DNA from: a virus
Taxonomy: Duplodnaviria; Heunggongvirae; Uroviricota; Caudoviricetes
Virus record (IMG/VR): IMGVR_UViG_2529292852_000001
Location: 96,714-160,713 of that record
Strand: one strand, 5' to 3'
Length of the DNA: 64,000 bases
Of this stretch, positions 20,197 through 29,713 are shown piece after piece (within the stretch, counting starts at the first letter, position 1; each line of letters starts with the position of its first letter). A program made the position numbers and the translations under genes. The notes beneath the pieces are model-generated. The model had not been told where the DNA came from. It ran no database searches and saw only the letters and a list, made by a program, of their open reading frames with translations.

Positions 20197-21968
20197 AGTT
20201 CCTTTCCAAAGAAATAATCTGGTATTTCTTGTAGAGTAATATCTAATTTTTCTAGTTGTTTTTGTTCCTTACTGTCAAGAAAAACATCTGGATGGATAAA
20301 AATTGTTGTCTTTTCTTTAAGTTCATTGTTTTGTAGTAATTCTTCCAAACGTTCCTCTGTTAGAATAACTTGTACAGAAGGATCTGAAATATCGACCCCA
20401 AATTCCAATTCAACCAGAGGGGTAACATATTTCAATAATTCATTTTCTAACGTAAAATCTGGAAACTTAGTTTTATCAACAAAATCTGTTTTAAAGTATT
20501 TAAGATTATGTGGTAGTTCTTTTTGAATATTTGTCAATCTCTTATAAGTAATTTCCTCACAAATATTATTTTCATTATTGGTGCAAAGAATGTACTTACG
20601 ATTACCACCGTCTTCTTCATTAAGTAGTTCAACTGCATGTCCTGTAGTACCTGATCCTGCAAAAAAATCTAAGCAAATTCCATTTTTACGATTAGTGTAC
20701 TTCAATAATTGCTTAATCAATCGAATTGGTTTCTTCCCATTTTTAAGTTTTACACCCCCTTCTTTAGAAAGGTTACCTGTATCTCTCCAGAAATCTTTCC
20801 AATAATCTCCACGAATTGTTGATCTACCAAAAATAGAAATAAAGTCATCAGTATTATGATAAGTAGCTGACATAACTGCTAATTGTGCTATTTTACCATT
20901 CTTGGTTTGTGTTAAATAATAAGGTGCCGTTCTTTTTCCAGAATGCCAAGTAATATATTTACCTTTTTGTATTTTATCCGAAATCTCATTAGGAATATTA
21001 GGGACTTCTTCTCTCAAACGACAAAATTTAGAAAGATTATTCCTAACAAATTCTTGGATTTTTTCAGATTTGTCAAAGTATTTAGTAAAAGAAGCTAAAG
21101 ACAACTTCTCCTTACCATTACTCAATTGTTTAAATTCTTCTACAATAAGTTTATTTTTCTTTATTGCATCTAATGCCTTGATTACATTCCCATCGTCTTC
21201 CATAAATAATGAAAAATGTTTATCAAAGCCTGGAACAAAATCATAGAGTGGTTGCCTATTAGTATTAGCCAAGTCTTTTTTAGAGTAAATTAAAATATAC
21301 TCTCCATTTTTTACAATTCCACCTTTTTGCGCCGTTCCTACTTTGTTTCCACCTGTTGAAGATAGCTCCACCATTAATGTATCTTTATATGATTGTTCCC
21401 CAAATATTTCATCGCATAGTAGCTTTAACTGGGCATATTCATTGTCATCTATCGAAATAAATATAATGCCATCTGTTGCTAATAGATTTTTAGCTAAAGT
21501 TAATCTTCTTTCCATGAAACTCAACCATTTTGAATGTGAAAAACTATCTTCTTTTGATATAAAGCTGTCATTATATTTAAAATCCTTATTCCCTGTATTA
21601 TATGGTGGATCAATGTAAATAACATCTATCTTACCTGTATGGGTTTTTTCAAGTAAATGTAGGCTGTGTAGATTATCTCCTTCTAATAAAAAATTATAAT
21701 CAGCAGTTTCTGGATCCCCAACAATTTTTCTATCTGGATCTTCTACAAAAACAGGAATTTTTGTTTTCATCTCTTCTTCAACAAATTCTGCATGTTCTTC
21801 CCATACAAGCCCATATTTCTTCGAATGTAAAAGTCGAGTTAATTCTTCTAAATTTTCGATATCTTCACTACGATCGTCTTTTCGTGCCTGTTCAAGTAGT
21901 CCATTTAAATATTGCATCGCCTTATCCTTTTCATTTCTCAAAGGCCGCTCAATAAATTCTTTAACCAT
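20187..21968 (-). CDS. mod: Type III adenine methyltransferase Mod (copy 1)
   Basis: KYGLVWE N-terminus, then IDPPYNTG before LDFFAGSGTT (beta order); overlaps the res start. Confidence 0.92.
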   Translation of the reverse strand: MVKEFIERPLRNEKDKAMQYLNGLLEQARKDDRSEDIENLEELTRLLHSKKYGLVWEEHAEFVEEEMKTKIPVFVEDPDRKIVGDPETADYNFLLEGDNLHSLHLLEKTHTGKIDVIYIDPPYNTGNKDFKYNDSFISKEDSFSHSKWLSFMERRLTLAKNLLATDGIIFISIDDNEYAQLKLLCDEIFGEQSYKDTLMVELSSTGGNKVGTAQKGGIVKNGEYILIYSKKDLANTNRQPLYDFVPGFDKHFSLFMEDDGNVIKALDAIKKNKLIVEEFKQLSNGKEKLSLASFTKYFDKSEKIQEFVRNNLSKFCRLREEVPNIPNEISDKIQKGKYITWHSGKRTAPYYLTQTKNGKIAQLAVMSATYHNTDDFISIFGRSTIRGDYWKDFWRDTGNLSKEGGVKLKNGKKPIRLIKQLLKYTNRKNGICLDFFAGSGTTGHAVELLNEEDGGNRKYILCTNNENNICEEITYKRLTNIQKELPHNLKYFKTDFVDKTKFPDFTLENELLKYVTPLVELEFGVDISDPSVQVILTEERLEELLQNNELKEKTTIFIHPDVFLDSKEQKQLEKLDITLQEIPDYFFGKELWL

Positions 21969-21982
21969 TTAAAATTTCCTCT

Positions 21983-23743
21983 CTAATAATTACTTTGCCA
22001 AAGTTCCTTTCCAAAGAAATAATCTGGTATTTCTTGTAAAGTAATATTTAATTCTTTTAGTTGTTTTTGTTCCTTGCTATCAAGAAAAATATCTGGGTGA
22101 ATGAAAAGTGTTGCTCTTTCTTTAAGTTTATTATTTCGTAATAACTCTTCCAAACGTTCTTCTGTTAGAATAACTTGTACAGAAGGATCTGAAATATCAA
22201 CCCCAAATTCCAATTCAACAAGAGGTGTAACATAATTCAACAACTCATTTTCTAACGTAAAATCTGGGAACTTAGTCTTATCAACGAAGTCTGTTTTAAA
22301 ATATTTAAGGTTATGTGGTAAGTCTTCTTGAATATTTGTCAATCTCTTATAGGTAATTTCCTCACAAATATTATTCTCATTATTAGTGCAAAGGATATAT
22401 TTACGATTACCACCATCTTCTTTATTAAGCTGTGCAACTGCATGTCCTGTAGTGCCTGATCCTGCAAAGAAATCAAGTACTACAATAGATTTAGAAGTTC
22501 CCAGAGCTTTAATTAATTGTTTTATTAAACGTAATGGTTTCTTTCCATTTTTTAAATTAACTCCCCCTTCTTTAGATAAATTCCCCCCATCAGAAGAAAA
22601 TCCTTTCCAAAGATTACCCCTGATAGCTCTCTCACTGAATGAAGGCTTATAACCATCTGTTTGGCCAATTCTATCAGAGTAACGAAAAGCTGTATATTGT
22701 GTTCCATTTTCATTCGAAACAACGTATTTATTTTTCCAGTAATTTAGTCCTGGTTTAAATTCTACAACATTAGCTTTTAATTTCGTATCTAATCTGAACA
22801 AATTACCAGATATTTCATCGCTATATAACCACGTCTTTAATCTTTTCTCTACTTTTATAAGTTTATCCAGATTTTTCAAACTAGGTTTCAATTTATACTG
22901 ATCGAATATTTCTGCTACTAATTTTGTATTTTGTAAAGTAGCTGAAAAGTTTTCTAAAAAACCTGTTTCTGGGTTTAAAAATTTTGAATAATGGGTATCA
23001 AAGCCATCAATTTTATCATAAAACTTATGATTAATTATTTTTGTATGTGGCGTCTTTGTATAAATAAAAACAAATTCTGTTGTCTTAACCACTGTTCCAT
23101 TCATCGCTGAAATTCTTCGATGTCCTGCAATGGCCGATGTTTCAACATGCAAATCAGTAGCAAAGTTTTCCTCACCAAAGATTTCATCCATAAGCAACTT
23201 TAACTGATATCCTTCATGATAATCGATAGATACTGCAATCACACCATCATCAGATAATAAATTTCTAGCAATTTTTAATCTGGATTCCATAAATGATAAC
23301 CATTTAGAATGCAAAAATGAATCTTCTTGACCTACTATTTTGTCATTATATGTAAAATCCTTGTTCCCTGTATTATATGGTGGATCAATGTAAATAACAT
23401 CTATCTTACCTGTATGAGTTTTTTCAAGTAAGTGTAGACTGTGTAGATTATCTCCTTCTAACAAGAAGTTGTAATCAGCAGTTTCTGGGTTCCCAACAAT
23501 CTTTCTATTTGTATCTTCTACAAAAACAGGAATTTTTGTTTTCATCTCTTCTTCAACAAATTCTGCATGTTCTTCCCATACAAGCCCATACTTCTTTGTA
23601 TGCAAGAGCCGAGTTAATTCTTCTAAATTTTCAATATCTTCACTACGATTATCTTTTCGTGCCTGTTCAAGTAAACTATTTAAATATTGCATCGCCTTAT
23701 CTTTTTCATTTTTCAAAGGTCGCTCAATAAATTTTTCAGTCAT
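21983..23743 (-). CDS. mod: Type III adenine methyltransferase Mod (copy 2, different TRD)
   Basis: Near-identical N- and C-terminal regions to copy 1, with a divergent central target-recognition region. Confidence 0.92.
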   Translation of the reverse strand: MTEKFIERPLKNEKDKAMQYLNSLLEQARKDNRSEDIENLEELTRLLHTKKYGLVWEEHAEFVEEEMKTKIPVFVEDTNRKIVGNPETADYNFLLEGDNLHSLHLLEKTHTGKIDVIYIDPPYNTGNKDFTYNDKIVGQEDSFLHSKWLSFMESRLKIARNLLSDDGVIAVSIDYHEGYQLKLLMDEIFGEENFATDLHVETSAIAGHRRISAMNGTVVKTTEFVFIYTKTPHTKIINHKFYDKIDGFDTHYSKFLNPETGFLENFSATLQNTKLVAEIFDQYKLKPSLKNLDKLIKVEKRLKTWLYSDEISGNLFRLDTKLKANVVEFKPGLNYWKNKYVVSNENGTQYTAFRYSDRIGQTDGYKPSFSERAIRGNLWKGFSSDGGNLSKEGGVNLKNGKKPLRLIKQLIKALGTSKSIVVLDFFAGSGTTGHAVAQLNKEDGGNRKYILCTNNENNICEEITYKRLTNIQEDLPHNLKYFKTDFVDKTKFPDFTLENELLNYVTPLVELEFGVDISDPSVQVILTEERLEELLRNNKLKERATLFIHPDIFLDSKEQKQLKELNITLQEIPDYFFGKELWQSNY

Positions 23744-23791
23744 TAAAATTCCCCTCTCTAAGTATTTACACTCAAATTGTGTAATCTCGCA

Positions 23792-24148
23792 TCACTCATT
23801 ATTTTCCATTCCTAAATACTGGCTTAGTGCTTTTTCACATAAATCATTAAGTCTTATATTTCTTCTCACTGCTTCTTTCCTAGCATTCTGAACAACCTTA
23901 CTATCTATTTCTATTGATATAAACTCAGTTCCAGTTTTATTGAAAAGTTGATTATATACATCTTTATCTAGTTTCTCTTCAACTAATTTTTGAGCTTTAT
24001 CAAAACTTAAAGGAACTATTTTCTTATCAACAAAATACAGGAAAAATTCTCCTGTACGTTTGATATATAGATTCTGTTGTTCTCCAACAACACCTACGAA
24101 CTTAGCTGTGTCAGTGTTGTATTTTCTGCCTTTTATTAATTTTTCCAA
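23792..24148 (-). CDS. Protein with a probable C-terminal ribbon-helix-helix domain
   Basis: C-terminus ISIEIDSKVVQNARKEAVRRNIRLNDLCEKAL fits the strand-helix-helix pattern. Confidence 0.55.
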   Translation of the reverse strand: MEKLIKGRKYNTDTAKFVGVVGEQQNLYIKRTGEFFLYFVDKKIVPLSFDKAQKLVEEKLDKDVYNQLFNKTGTEFISIEIDSKVVQNARKEAVRRNIRLNDLCEKALSQYLGMENNE

Positions 24149-24154
24149 ACATCA

Positions 24155-24766
24155 TCACTCCTTATCATTAGGATGATCTGCTACTCTAACTTCACGTTTG
24201 CGATAATCACATTCCCAAAATCTAAATGTGTTGTCACCTTGATGTTTACGTCTGATTGCTTGAAGCTCTCTAGCTTCTTGTTCTACCTCAACTGGTACTT
24301 GATAGTGATATGTCGATGGTGCATTGAATACATCATCATTGTCGTACCAGTTTGAATGACTGGTTTTGACCTTGATAGTAACCCAACCTGGAGTTTTACT
24401 ATCGTCAAAGTCGCCTTCTTCGATATAATCGTATTCTAAGAATAGATCACTCATCTTGTCCTTGAAAGCTTCATCGACTACCTTAGCTAATTCGATAGCT
24501 CTAGGTAAGTCTACTTTTGTTTGAGCTTTTAAGGCTAAACGTTCTTGAAGCTTTCTTTCAGCTTCTTCATTAACCACCTCATATTTGCTACGTTGTGGTT
24601 TGCTTACTTTTCCTTTGTTTGTGAAAGCAGTAAATTTAGCTTCACATTCATAAGCATCCACAAGATAAGGTTTCTCTCCTGGTTCAGCAATATCATAGTA
24701 GCTGAACCCTACCTTGCCATTATCTTTTCTTACAACGTACTCTACTTTAATTGTTTCGCTAATTAT
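24155..24766 (-). CDS. Hypothetical protein; frame extends to an ATA codon behind a strong RBS
   Basis: Open frame from 24766 (ATA, 7 nt after GGGGAG) into the called 24155..24661 ORF. Confidence 0.65.
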   Translation of the reverse strand: MISETIKVEYVVRKDNGKVGFSYYDIAEPGEKPYLVDAYECEAKFTAFTNKGKVSKPQRSKYEVVNEEAERKLQERLALKAQTKVDLPRAIELAKVVDEAFKDKMSDLFLEYDYIEEGDFDDSKTPGWVTIKVKTSHSNWYDNDDVFNAPSTYHYQVPVEVEQEARELQAIRRKHQGDNTFRFWECDYRKREVRVADHPNDKE

Positions 24767-24802
24767 GAGAAATCTCCCCTTATTTAATTTATCTTACACA
24801 CA

Positions 24803-24833
24803 TATTATATCTTACTTTCATATGAAAGTAAAT
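24803..24833 (-). promoter_or_regulatory. Promoter TTTACT-N17-TATAAT containing the perfect 20-bp palindrome TTACTTTCATATGAAAGTAA
   Basis: Palindrome at 24812-24831 covers the -35 and spacer; upstream of the RHH/mod/mod/res run. Confidence 0.75.
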
Positions 24834-24883
24834 GAGAAATAAAAAAAATAACCACCATTTATGGTGGCGATATGTTAAGCAAA

Positions 24884-25189
24884 TTAAAAATGATTTGAAA
24901 TTTGACTTTGTTTTTGGAGTATATCCAACAACTTTTTTATTGTCATTTTCTCATTTTTAGTATACTTGATTGTTTCTAGCTCTTGCTCGTGAAGTTTCAT
25001 CTCTTCTTCATAAATATCCATATCACTATCATATACTGGTTCACCCCAAATATAATCAGTTACATAATACTTATCTGGATCTTCTGGAAAGATTGAGTAG
25101 ATAGCAATCACTTGCAAATTACTACCAAACTCAACCAGATCTTGCTTTACTTCTTCTAACAATTCTTCGTTATCATAACTAAGCCCCAT
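24884..25189 (-). CDS. AcrIIA17-like anti-CRISPR (Cas9 inhibitor) candidate
   Basis: Matches the AcrIIA17 pattern as recalled: D.E.LL.E...D...FG....V.AIYS..D...Y..DY...EP..E.M..L..K.TK..KMTI..L...L..Q; similar length. Confidence 0.65.
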   Translation of the reverse strand: MGLSYDNEELLEEVKQDLVEFGSNLQVIAIYSIFPEDPDKYYVTDYIWGEPVYDSDMDIYEEEMKLHEQELETIKYTKNEKMTIKKLLDILQKQSQISNHF

Positions 25190-25214
25190 CGCTATTTGCC
25201 TACTTTCATCTTAT

Positions 25215-26021
25215 CTACAAGCCTGTATCTGTAAAAATTATCCCTACTTCATAACCAACAACTTTTCTACCGTTTTTAATGCTCGTTATGCTAACTGATA
25301 CGTCTTTATAAATGCTCTTTATCTCTTCTAAAGCAACCGTTAAAACTTTTTGTCTAAATCGACTAGCAGTCCATTTTTTAGCATTGCCTTCACCATCTAC
25401 TCCTAAAAACCACGTTTGCCATTCTTCCATAGTTCCTTTAATCGTTACAGAAGGCGGCAAACTACGTGGATCATTATAATTTCTCCACTTACCATGTACA
25501 TTTGCGTTCCACAATTTCAACATTGTTAAAGTATACTTAGACTTAATTTTAGATAGCTCTGATAATCTAAAAGAGTAAAATCTTGATTTTAATTGGAAAA
25601 TATATGGAGCAACATCTGAATTAAATTGGAAAACTATCTTTGACTTTTCGTTAAATTTAATCGACTGAAACAAACTAGTCATTAAAATACTACGTGAACC
25701 ATCGTCTTCTTGTACCAAAATACATAAAGCCGTCTTTCTCATCAGACTTTGGAATGTCTTAAAAACTGTTTTATAAGTCTTTCCAGAAGATGTTAAGCCA
25801 AAATGTTTTATAATATCCAAAACTTTAGTTTCATACTTAGTATCTTTAGTATCATCTTTTTGAACAAAAGAAAAACAATAATCTAATAACCTGTGTTCTA
25901 ACAAAGTTAGATTACCAAAAGCTTTAGCTAAGTCGTTGGATTGTGTTACTAAATAATCTTGCCTAGCCAATAGGTCATACACATTTTCTTTAGATACATA
26001 GCTCTTTATTTTATCACTCAT
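25215..26021 (-). CDS. repB: Plasmid replication initiator, Rep_3 (RepB) family
   Basis: LVTQSNDL, LTLLEHRLLDY, FNSDVAPYIFQLK..F, IKSKYTLT and RFRQKVL..ALEEI motifs; adjacent iterons. Confidence 0.9.
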   Translation of the reverse strand: MSDKIKSYVSKENVYDLLARQDYLVTQSNDLAKAFGNLTLLEHRLLDYCFSFVQKDDTKDTKYETKVLDIIKHFGLTSSGKTYKTVFKTFQSLMRKTALCILVQEDDGSRSILMTSLFQSIKFNEKSKIVFQFNSDVAPYIFQLKSRFYSFRLSELSKIKSKYTLTMLKLWNANVHGKWRNYNDPRSLPPSVTIKGTMEEWQTWFLGVDGEGNAKKWTASRFRQKVLTVALEEIKSIYKDVSVSITSIKNGRKVVGYEVGIIFTDTGL

Positions 26022-26248
26022 ATCACACCGCCTATCACTGTAAACGTAATCTTATTGTTTAAGTATACCCATAATTACGATAAATAGCAAATTATAGTTG
26101 CAAATACCTTTAAACAACCTTTTAGCACACTTTAAACCTAAACTTTTTATCAGACATCATTATCTAATTGAATCCAATCTGCACTTTGATTAACCAGTAG
26201 TACATCGCCGCTATAATAACATCTATTTATATTTTCTAATGAAAAAAG

Positions 26249-26540
26249 TGTGGTAAATGGTTGTTTATTCTGTGGTTTTTAGTTGCAAATTGCGTGGTAA
26301 ATGGTTGTAAATACCTTTTTCCACAGATTTTTCCATAATTTATGTGGTAAATAGTTGTTTATTGCGTGGTTTTTAGTTGCAAATAAGCTAAAACCAGCCT
26401 AATTTTTATGTGGTAAATGGTTGTTTATTGCGTACTTTTTAGTTGTATATTATGTGGTTTTTAGTTGTTTATAGTGTGATAAAAGGTTATTTATTGTGTG
26501 GTTTTTAGTTGTTTATAGTGTGATAAAAGGTATTTTAAAT
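26249..26540. repeat. Eleven 22-bp iterons (replication origin), followed by an AT-rich region
   Basis: Units at 26249, 26271, 26293; 26343, 26365; 26409, 26431, 26453, 26475, 26497, 26519. Consensus TGTGGT(AAATG/TTTTA)GTTGTTTATTG. Confidence 0.9.
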
Positions 26541-26937
26541 GGCTGTAACCCTTGATACTACTGTAATTGAAAATTACTAATGTATATATAATGTAGTATA
26601 ATGTATTGTATATAAATATATTTTAATGTATGTTACTACAGTAATCTATCCAACCACTAACTACATAATCTTAACTATAAGATCAACTACATAATTTAGT
26701 ACTATTTTAAGATTGACTTTTTCATCTGATCTTCAATTGATGTGTAGTTCATATAGTAACCAAAATCTTGTACAGATTAATAATTTTCTAGTCTTTTTTA
26801 AAAGACACTTCACTCAACCTAATGGAGTCAACCAGTCAACAAACTTTTAAAATTAATTCTAAAAATTCTCGTGGACAACTTTACAACTCGTTTGGCAGTC
26901 GTGCTTTGTTTCAAAAATTGTTTGTAAGCCTCTTAAA

Positions 26938-28290
26938 TTAGAAATTTAAGTTTAGCTTAACTGGAACTAATCCGATTCCATCTATACCGTCAACAAAAGC
27001 ATTCGGTACTACTTTTCTTAATATCTGTAAGGCTCCATTAACATCGGCATTAATTAAAATACCTTTATTTGATTTAAATAAACCACGTTTTATACGTCTT
27101 TTAGCAGGACTCAATCCTTTACGTTTACGAGCCTTATCTCCATTTTGATTAATTGGTTCTTCATTATCTAAAAATGATGTTTGACTGGTATAAGCCTCGT
27201 TAGCTTGAATAACAACAATTCCAGCTAAGTTAGCTTTATATTCAATCATCTCAATCATTTTTTGATGTGGGATTCCAATGAAGTTCTGATTGTTAATTTT
27301 GCCTAGATTAATAGAACGTTTTTGATCCTTATTTTTACCAATAATAATCGTATTTAACTCATGGCTTAACGCTATTTCAACAATGCGTTTACTTGCCTCA
27401 TGAGCAAATCCTAAAACTTTTTGATTACGATAAAAATCTAGGTTATTTAAACGTTTGGTATTACGACTTTGTTTATTAAAGCCGTATAACTTAGTTAATT
27501 TGGCTCTTTGTTTGTTATAGTATTGATTAATTGCTTTTAAAGGTCGTCCATTAACAATTACAGGTTGAAACTCTTTAACATTAGATGCCAAAGTAAAAAC
27601 ATTATCAAGTCCTGGATCTATCGTAAGATAACGTCCGTTATCTTCTTTATAATCAATAACCTTGTTAGTTTTATAAACAATTTCAACTACAAACTGATTA
27701 TTTTTAGGGACAATTCTAACTTGTTGGATTTTAGTTGTATCTTGATGTTGTAGCTTAATTTTCAGATTATTCATCACAGGTATTTCAACAATGCCATTGG
27801 GACGTAATTTAGCGGTTTGATTATCTATAATAACGATACTTTTACCACCTTTATCCTTATATTTTGGTAACTTAGGTCTACCATTGAATTTACTAGGATT
27901 CTTCTGATAGGCTTTAACAGCCTTATTCCAAGAAGTTATATTTTGCATGACTAGCTTTAAAATTTGTTGGGCTAAATGGACACTTTTCATAGAACGATAA
28001 AGCATACAATCTTTTTGTTGATACGACTGTTTAAATGACTTATCTAAGGCTCCATAACTCAACCATTTACCTTTAAATAAAGATTGTCTAAAGCGATACA
28101 AGGCTTGATTATAGATATTATTAGCTAAGTGAGCATATTTATCTAAGATTAAATAACGACTGTCATTAGCTCTAATAACATGTTTTTCTACCAAGTATTC
28201 ATACTGAATTTCTGTCTTTTTAGCTCTTATATCTCTAAAAGTTTGTAGAGTAGTTTTCTTAGATTTTTGTTTCCTAACCAGCATTTTCAC
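26938..28290 (-). CDS. tnpB: IS607-family TnpB (rearranged RuvC-II type)
   Basis: LTIDPGLDN, IIIGKNK (canonical E absent), QANEAYTSQ and INADVNGA; sits directly after an IS607 tnpA remnant. Confidence 0.85.
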   Translation of the reverse strand: MKMLVRKQKSKKTTLQTFRDIRAKKTEIQYEYLVEKHVIRANDSRYLILDKYAHLANNIYNQALYRFRQSLFKGKWLSYGALDKSFKQSYQQKDCMLYRSMKSVHLAQQILKLVMQNITSWNKAVKAYQKNPSKFNGRPKLPKYKDKGGKSIVIIDNQTAKLRPNGIVEIPVMNNLKIKLQHQDTTKIQQVRIVPKNNQFVVEIVYKTNKVIDYKEDNGRYLTIDPGLDNVFTLASNVKEFQPVIVNGRPLKAINQYYNKQRAKLTKLYGFNKQSRNTKRLNNLDFYRNQKVLGFAHEASKRIVEIALSHELNTIIIGKNKDQKRSINLGKINNQNFIGIPHQKMIEMIEYKANLAGIVVIQANEAYTSQTSFLDNEEPINQNGDKARKRKGLSPAKRRIKRGLFKSNKGILINADVNGALQILRKVVPNAFVDGIDGIGLVPVKLNLNF

Positions 28291-28470
28291 CTCCTTTTTC
28301 TTCTAAAGCTTCCTTGATTTTCTTCCTTCTACTTGGATACATCCTCATTGAGAATGCGTGTAATAAGCTAATGATTTCTTCAAAGATTTCTTGTTGGTCT
28401 GTCTTTTTATCATTTAACTCTGACATTACAATGATTTCAGTGTGATATTTAGCAAATAAATGCTTAAATT
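28274..28470 (-). pseudogene. tnpA: 3' part of an IS607 serine-recombinase tnpA
   Basis: FKHLFAKYHTEIIVMSE..QEIFEEIISLLHAFSMRMYPSRR is typical of the IS607 TnpA C-terminus; N-terminus missing. Confidence 0.8.
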
Positions 28471-29420
28471 GGTTTTGCTTTGATTTTTCTAATCCCACTA
28501 ATTGCTACAGCGTCATTATAGTGGGACTTAGTTAATCTTAAGTCAGCTCGTTGTAATGTCGTCCATGCTCCATACTGAAATTTAGCTTGAGGAAAAGCAG
28601 TATATAGTCTTCTTCTAAGAATATTCATGAAAGTCGCACCTTTATAGGATTTGTTGACTTTCTTTTTATCCTTACACCATTTAGCCAAGATTCCAGTTTG
28701 ATGGTTTTTAGTTGTATGGCAATTAGAGCATACAGTAATTAGATTATCTACAGTGTTAGTTCCACCTAAGGAACGGTAGATAATATGGTGGATTTTAAGT
28801 TTACCACCCTTTTTCTTACAGACTTGACAAGTATAGTTATCTCTAGCTAAAACAAATTGTTTAACAGTTTGATAACCGTATAAATCACCTTGTTGATAAC
28901 CTTCACCATTTATTGCTGGATTCTTCATTTTTTGCATATCAAACTTACCAACTTCGATGTGTAAATCAGCTTTAGGTAAGACTGATAATAATCTTTTTAT
29001 CCAGTTGATATTATGGTTAACCTTACTTGCCACTGATGGTGGCAACCAGTTATCTTTTTTCTTAGCTATACGGTTTAAAAACCTAGCTTTACGATAACGT
29101 GTCTTACGATTACGTCGACTTCTACGGTATATTCTTCTAGTATCTATCAGTTTTTTAACATCTTGTCTTAACTCTACTTCGCCTTGAAATAAGACTTTAT
29201 CTTGGCTTGTAACAGCTAAACCAATATGTCGTTGACCGCTATCAATTCCAATGCTTACATCTTGTTTATAGCCAGTTGAACCATATAAGAGCTGAATGGT
29301 AAAAGGCTCTTTTTTTAAGACTTTTGCTTTACCATCTCTCAACAAAATTCTAGCTTTTCTAGGTTTACACGGCATTAATGCTTTACCATGTTTATTAATC
29401 ACAAAAACTCGGTTTTGCAT
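28464..29420 (-). CDS. iscB: IscB (RRXRR/HNH) RNA-guided nuclease, C-terminally truncated
   Basis: ALMPCKP, GIDSG, Arg-rich bridge helix, HIEVGKFD, HNH (HHI..GG..NLITVC..CH) and SHYNDA; stops about 13 residues after RuvC-III. Confidence 0.9.
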   Translation of the reverse strand: MQNRVFVINKHGKALMPCKPRKARILLRDGKAKVLKKEPFTIQLLYGSTGYKQDVSIGIDSGQRHIGLAVTSQDKVLFQGEVELRQDVKKLIDTRRIYRRSRRNRKTRYRKARFLNRIAKKKDNWLPPSVASKVNHNINWIKRLLSVLPKADLHIEVGKFDMQKMKNPAINGEGYQQGDLYGYQTVKQFVLARDNYTCQVCKKKGGKLKIHHIIYRSLGGTNTVDNLITVCSNCHTTKNHQTGILAKWCKDKKKVNKSYKGATFMNILRRRLYTAFPQAKFQYGAWTTLQRADLRLTKSHYNDAVAISGIRKIKAKPI

Positions 29421-29439
29421 AGTTTGTACTCCTTTCATT

Positions 29440-29713
29440 TTTTTATAAAGTATCTATGACCTTATCACGTATTTATCAGAGTTCATAAATACATGTAGTT
29501 ACCCTTCGACAATGTTATTTCAGCTTATAAACAAGGTTGACTAGCATATTAACCTTATGCTTGTTTACAGAGCCTTCATAGAGCTAGAAACTAGGGTATC
29601 ATTTCTAGGTATGGTAACTGAAATAACGTAGTTCTCAAAGAACTTAGTCTAGACAACCAGGCTTGTAGTAATAAACTACAAGCCACCTACTTTAGTAGGT
29701 AGTTACTGTTGAC
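29440..29713 (-). ncRNA. IscB omegaRNA (HEARO-like)
   Basis: Begins GTCAAC; contains GGCTTGTAG/CTACAAGCC, CTAGACTAAG, AACTACGTT, GCTCTGTAAAC and AACATTGTCGAAGGG elements upstream of iscB. Confidence 0.85.

Noticed and set aside
20187-23743. Simple-sequence-repeat phase variation in the mod genes
   Set aside because: No tandem SSR tract seen in either 5' region; both frames are intact.
26249-26540. 22-bp repeats as a CRISPR array
   Set aside because: Head-to-tail with no unique spacers and adjacent to a Rep_3 gene, so they are iterons.
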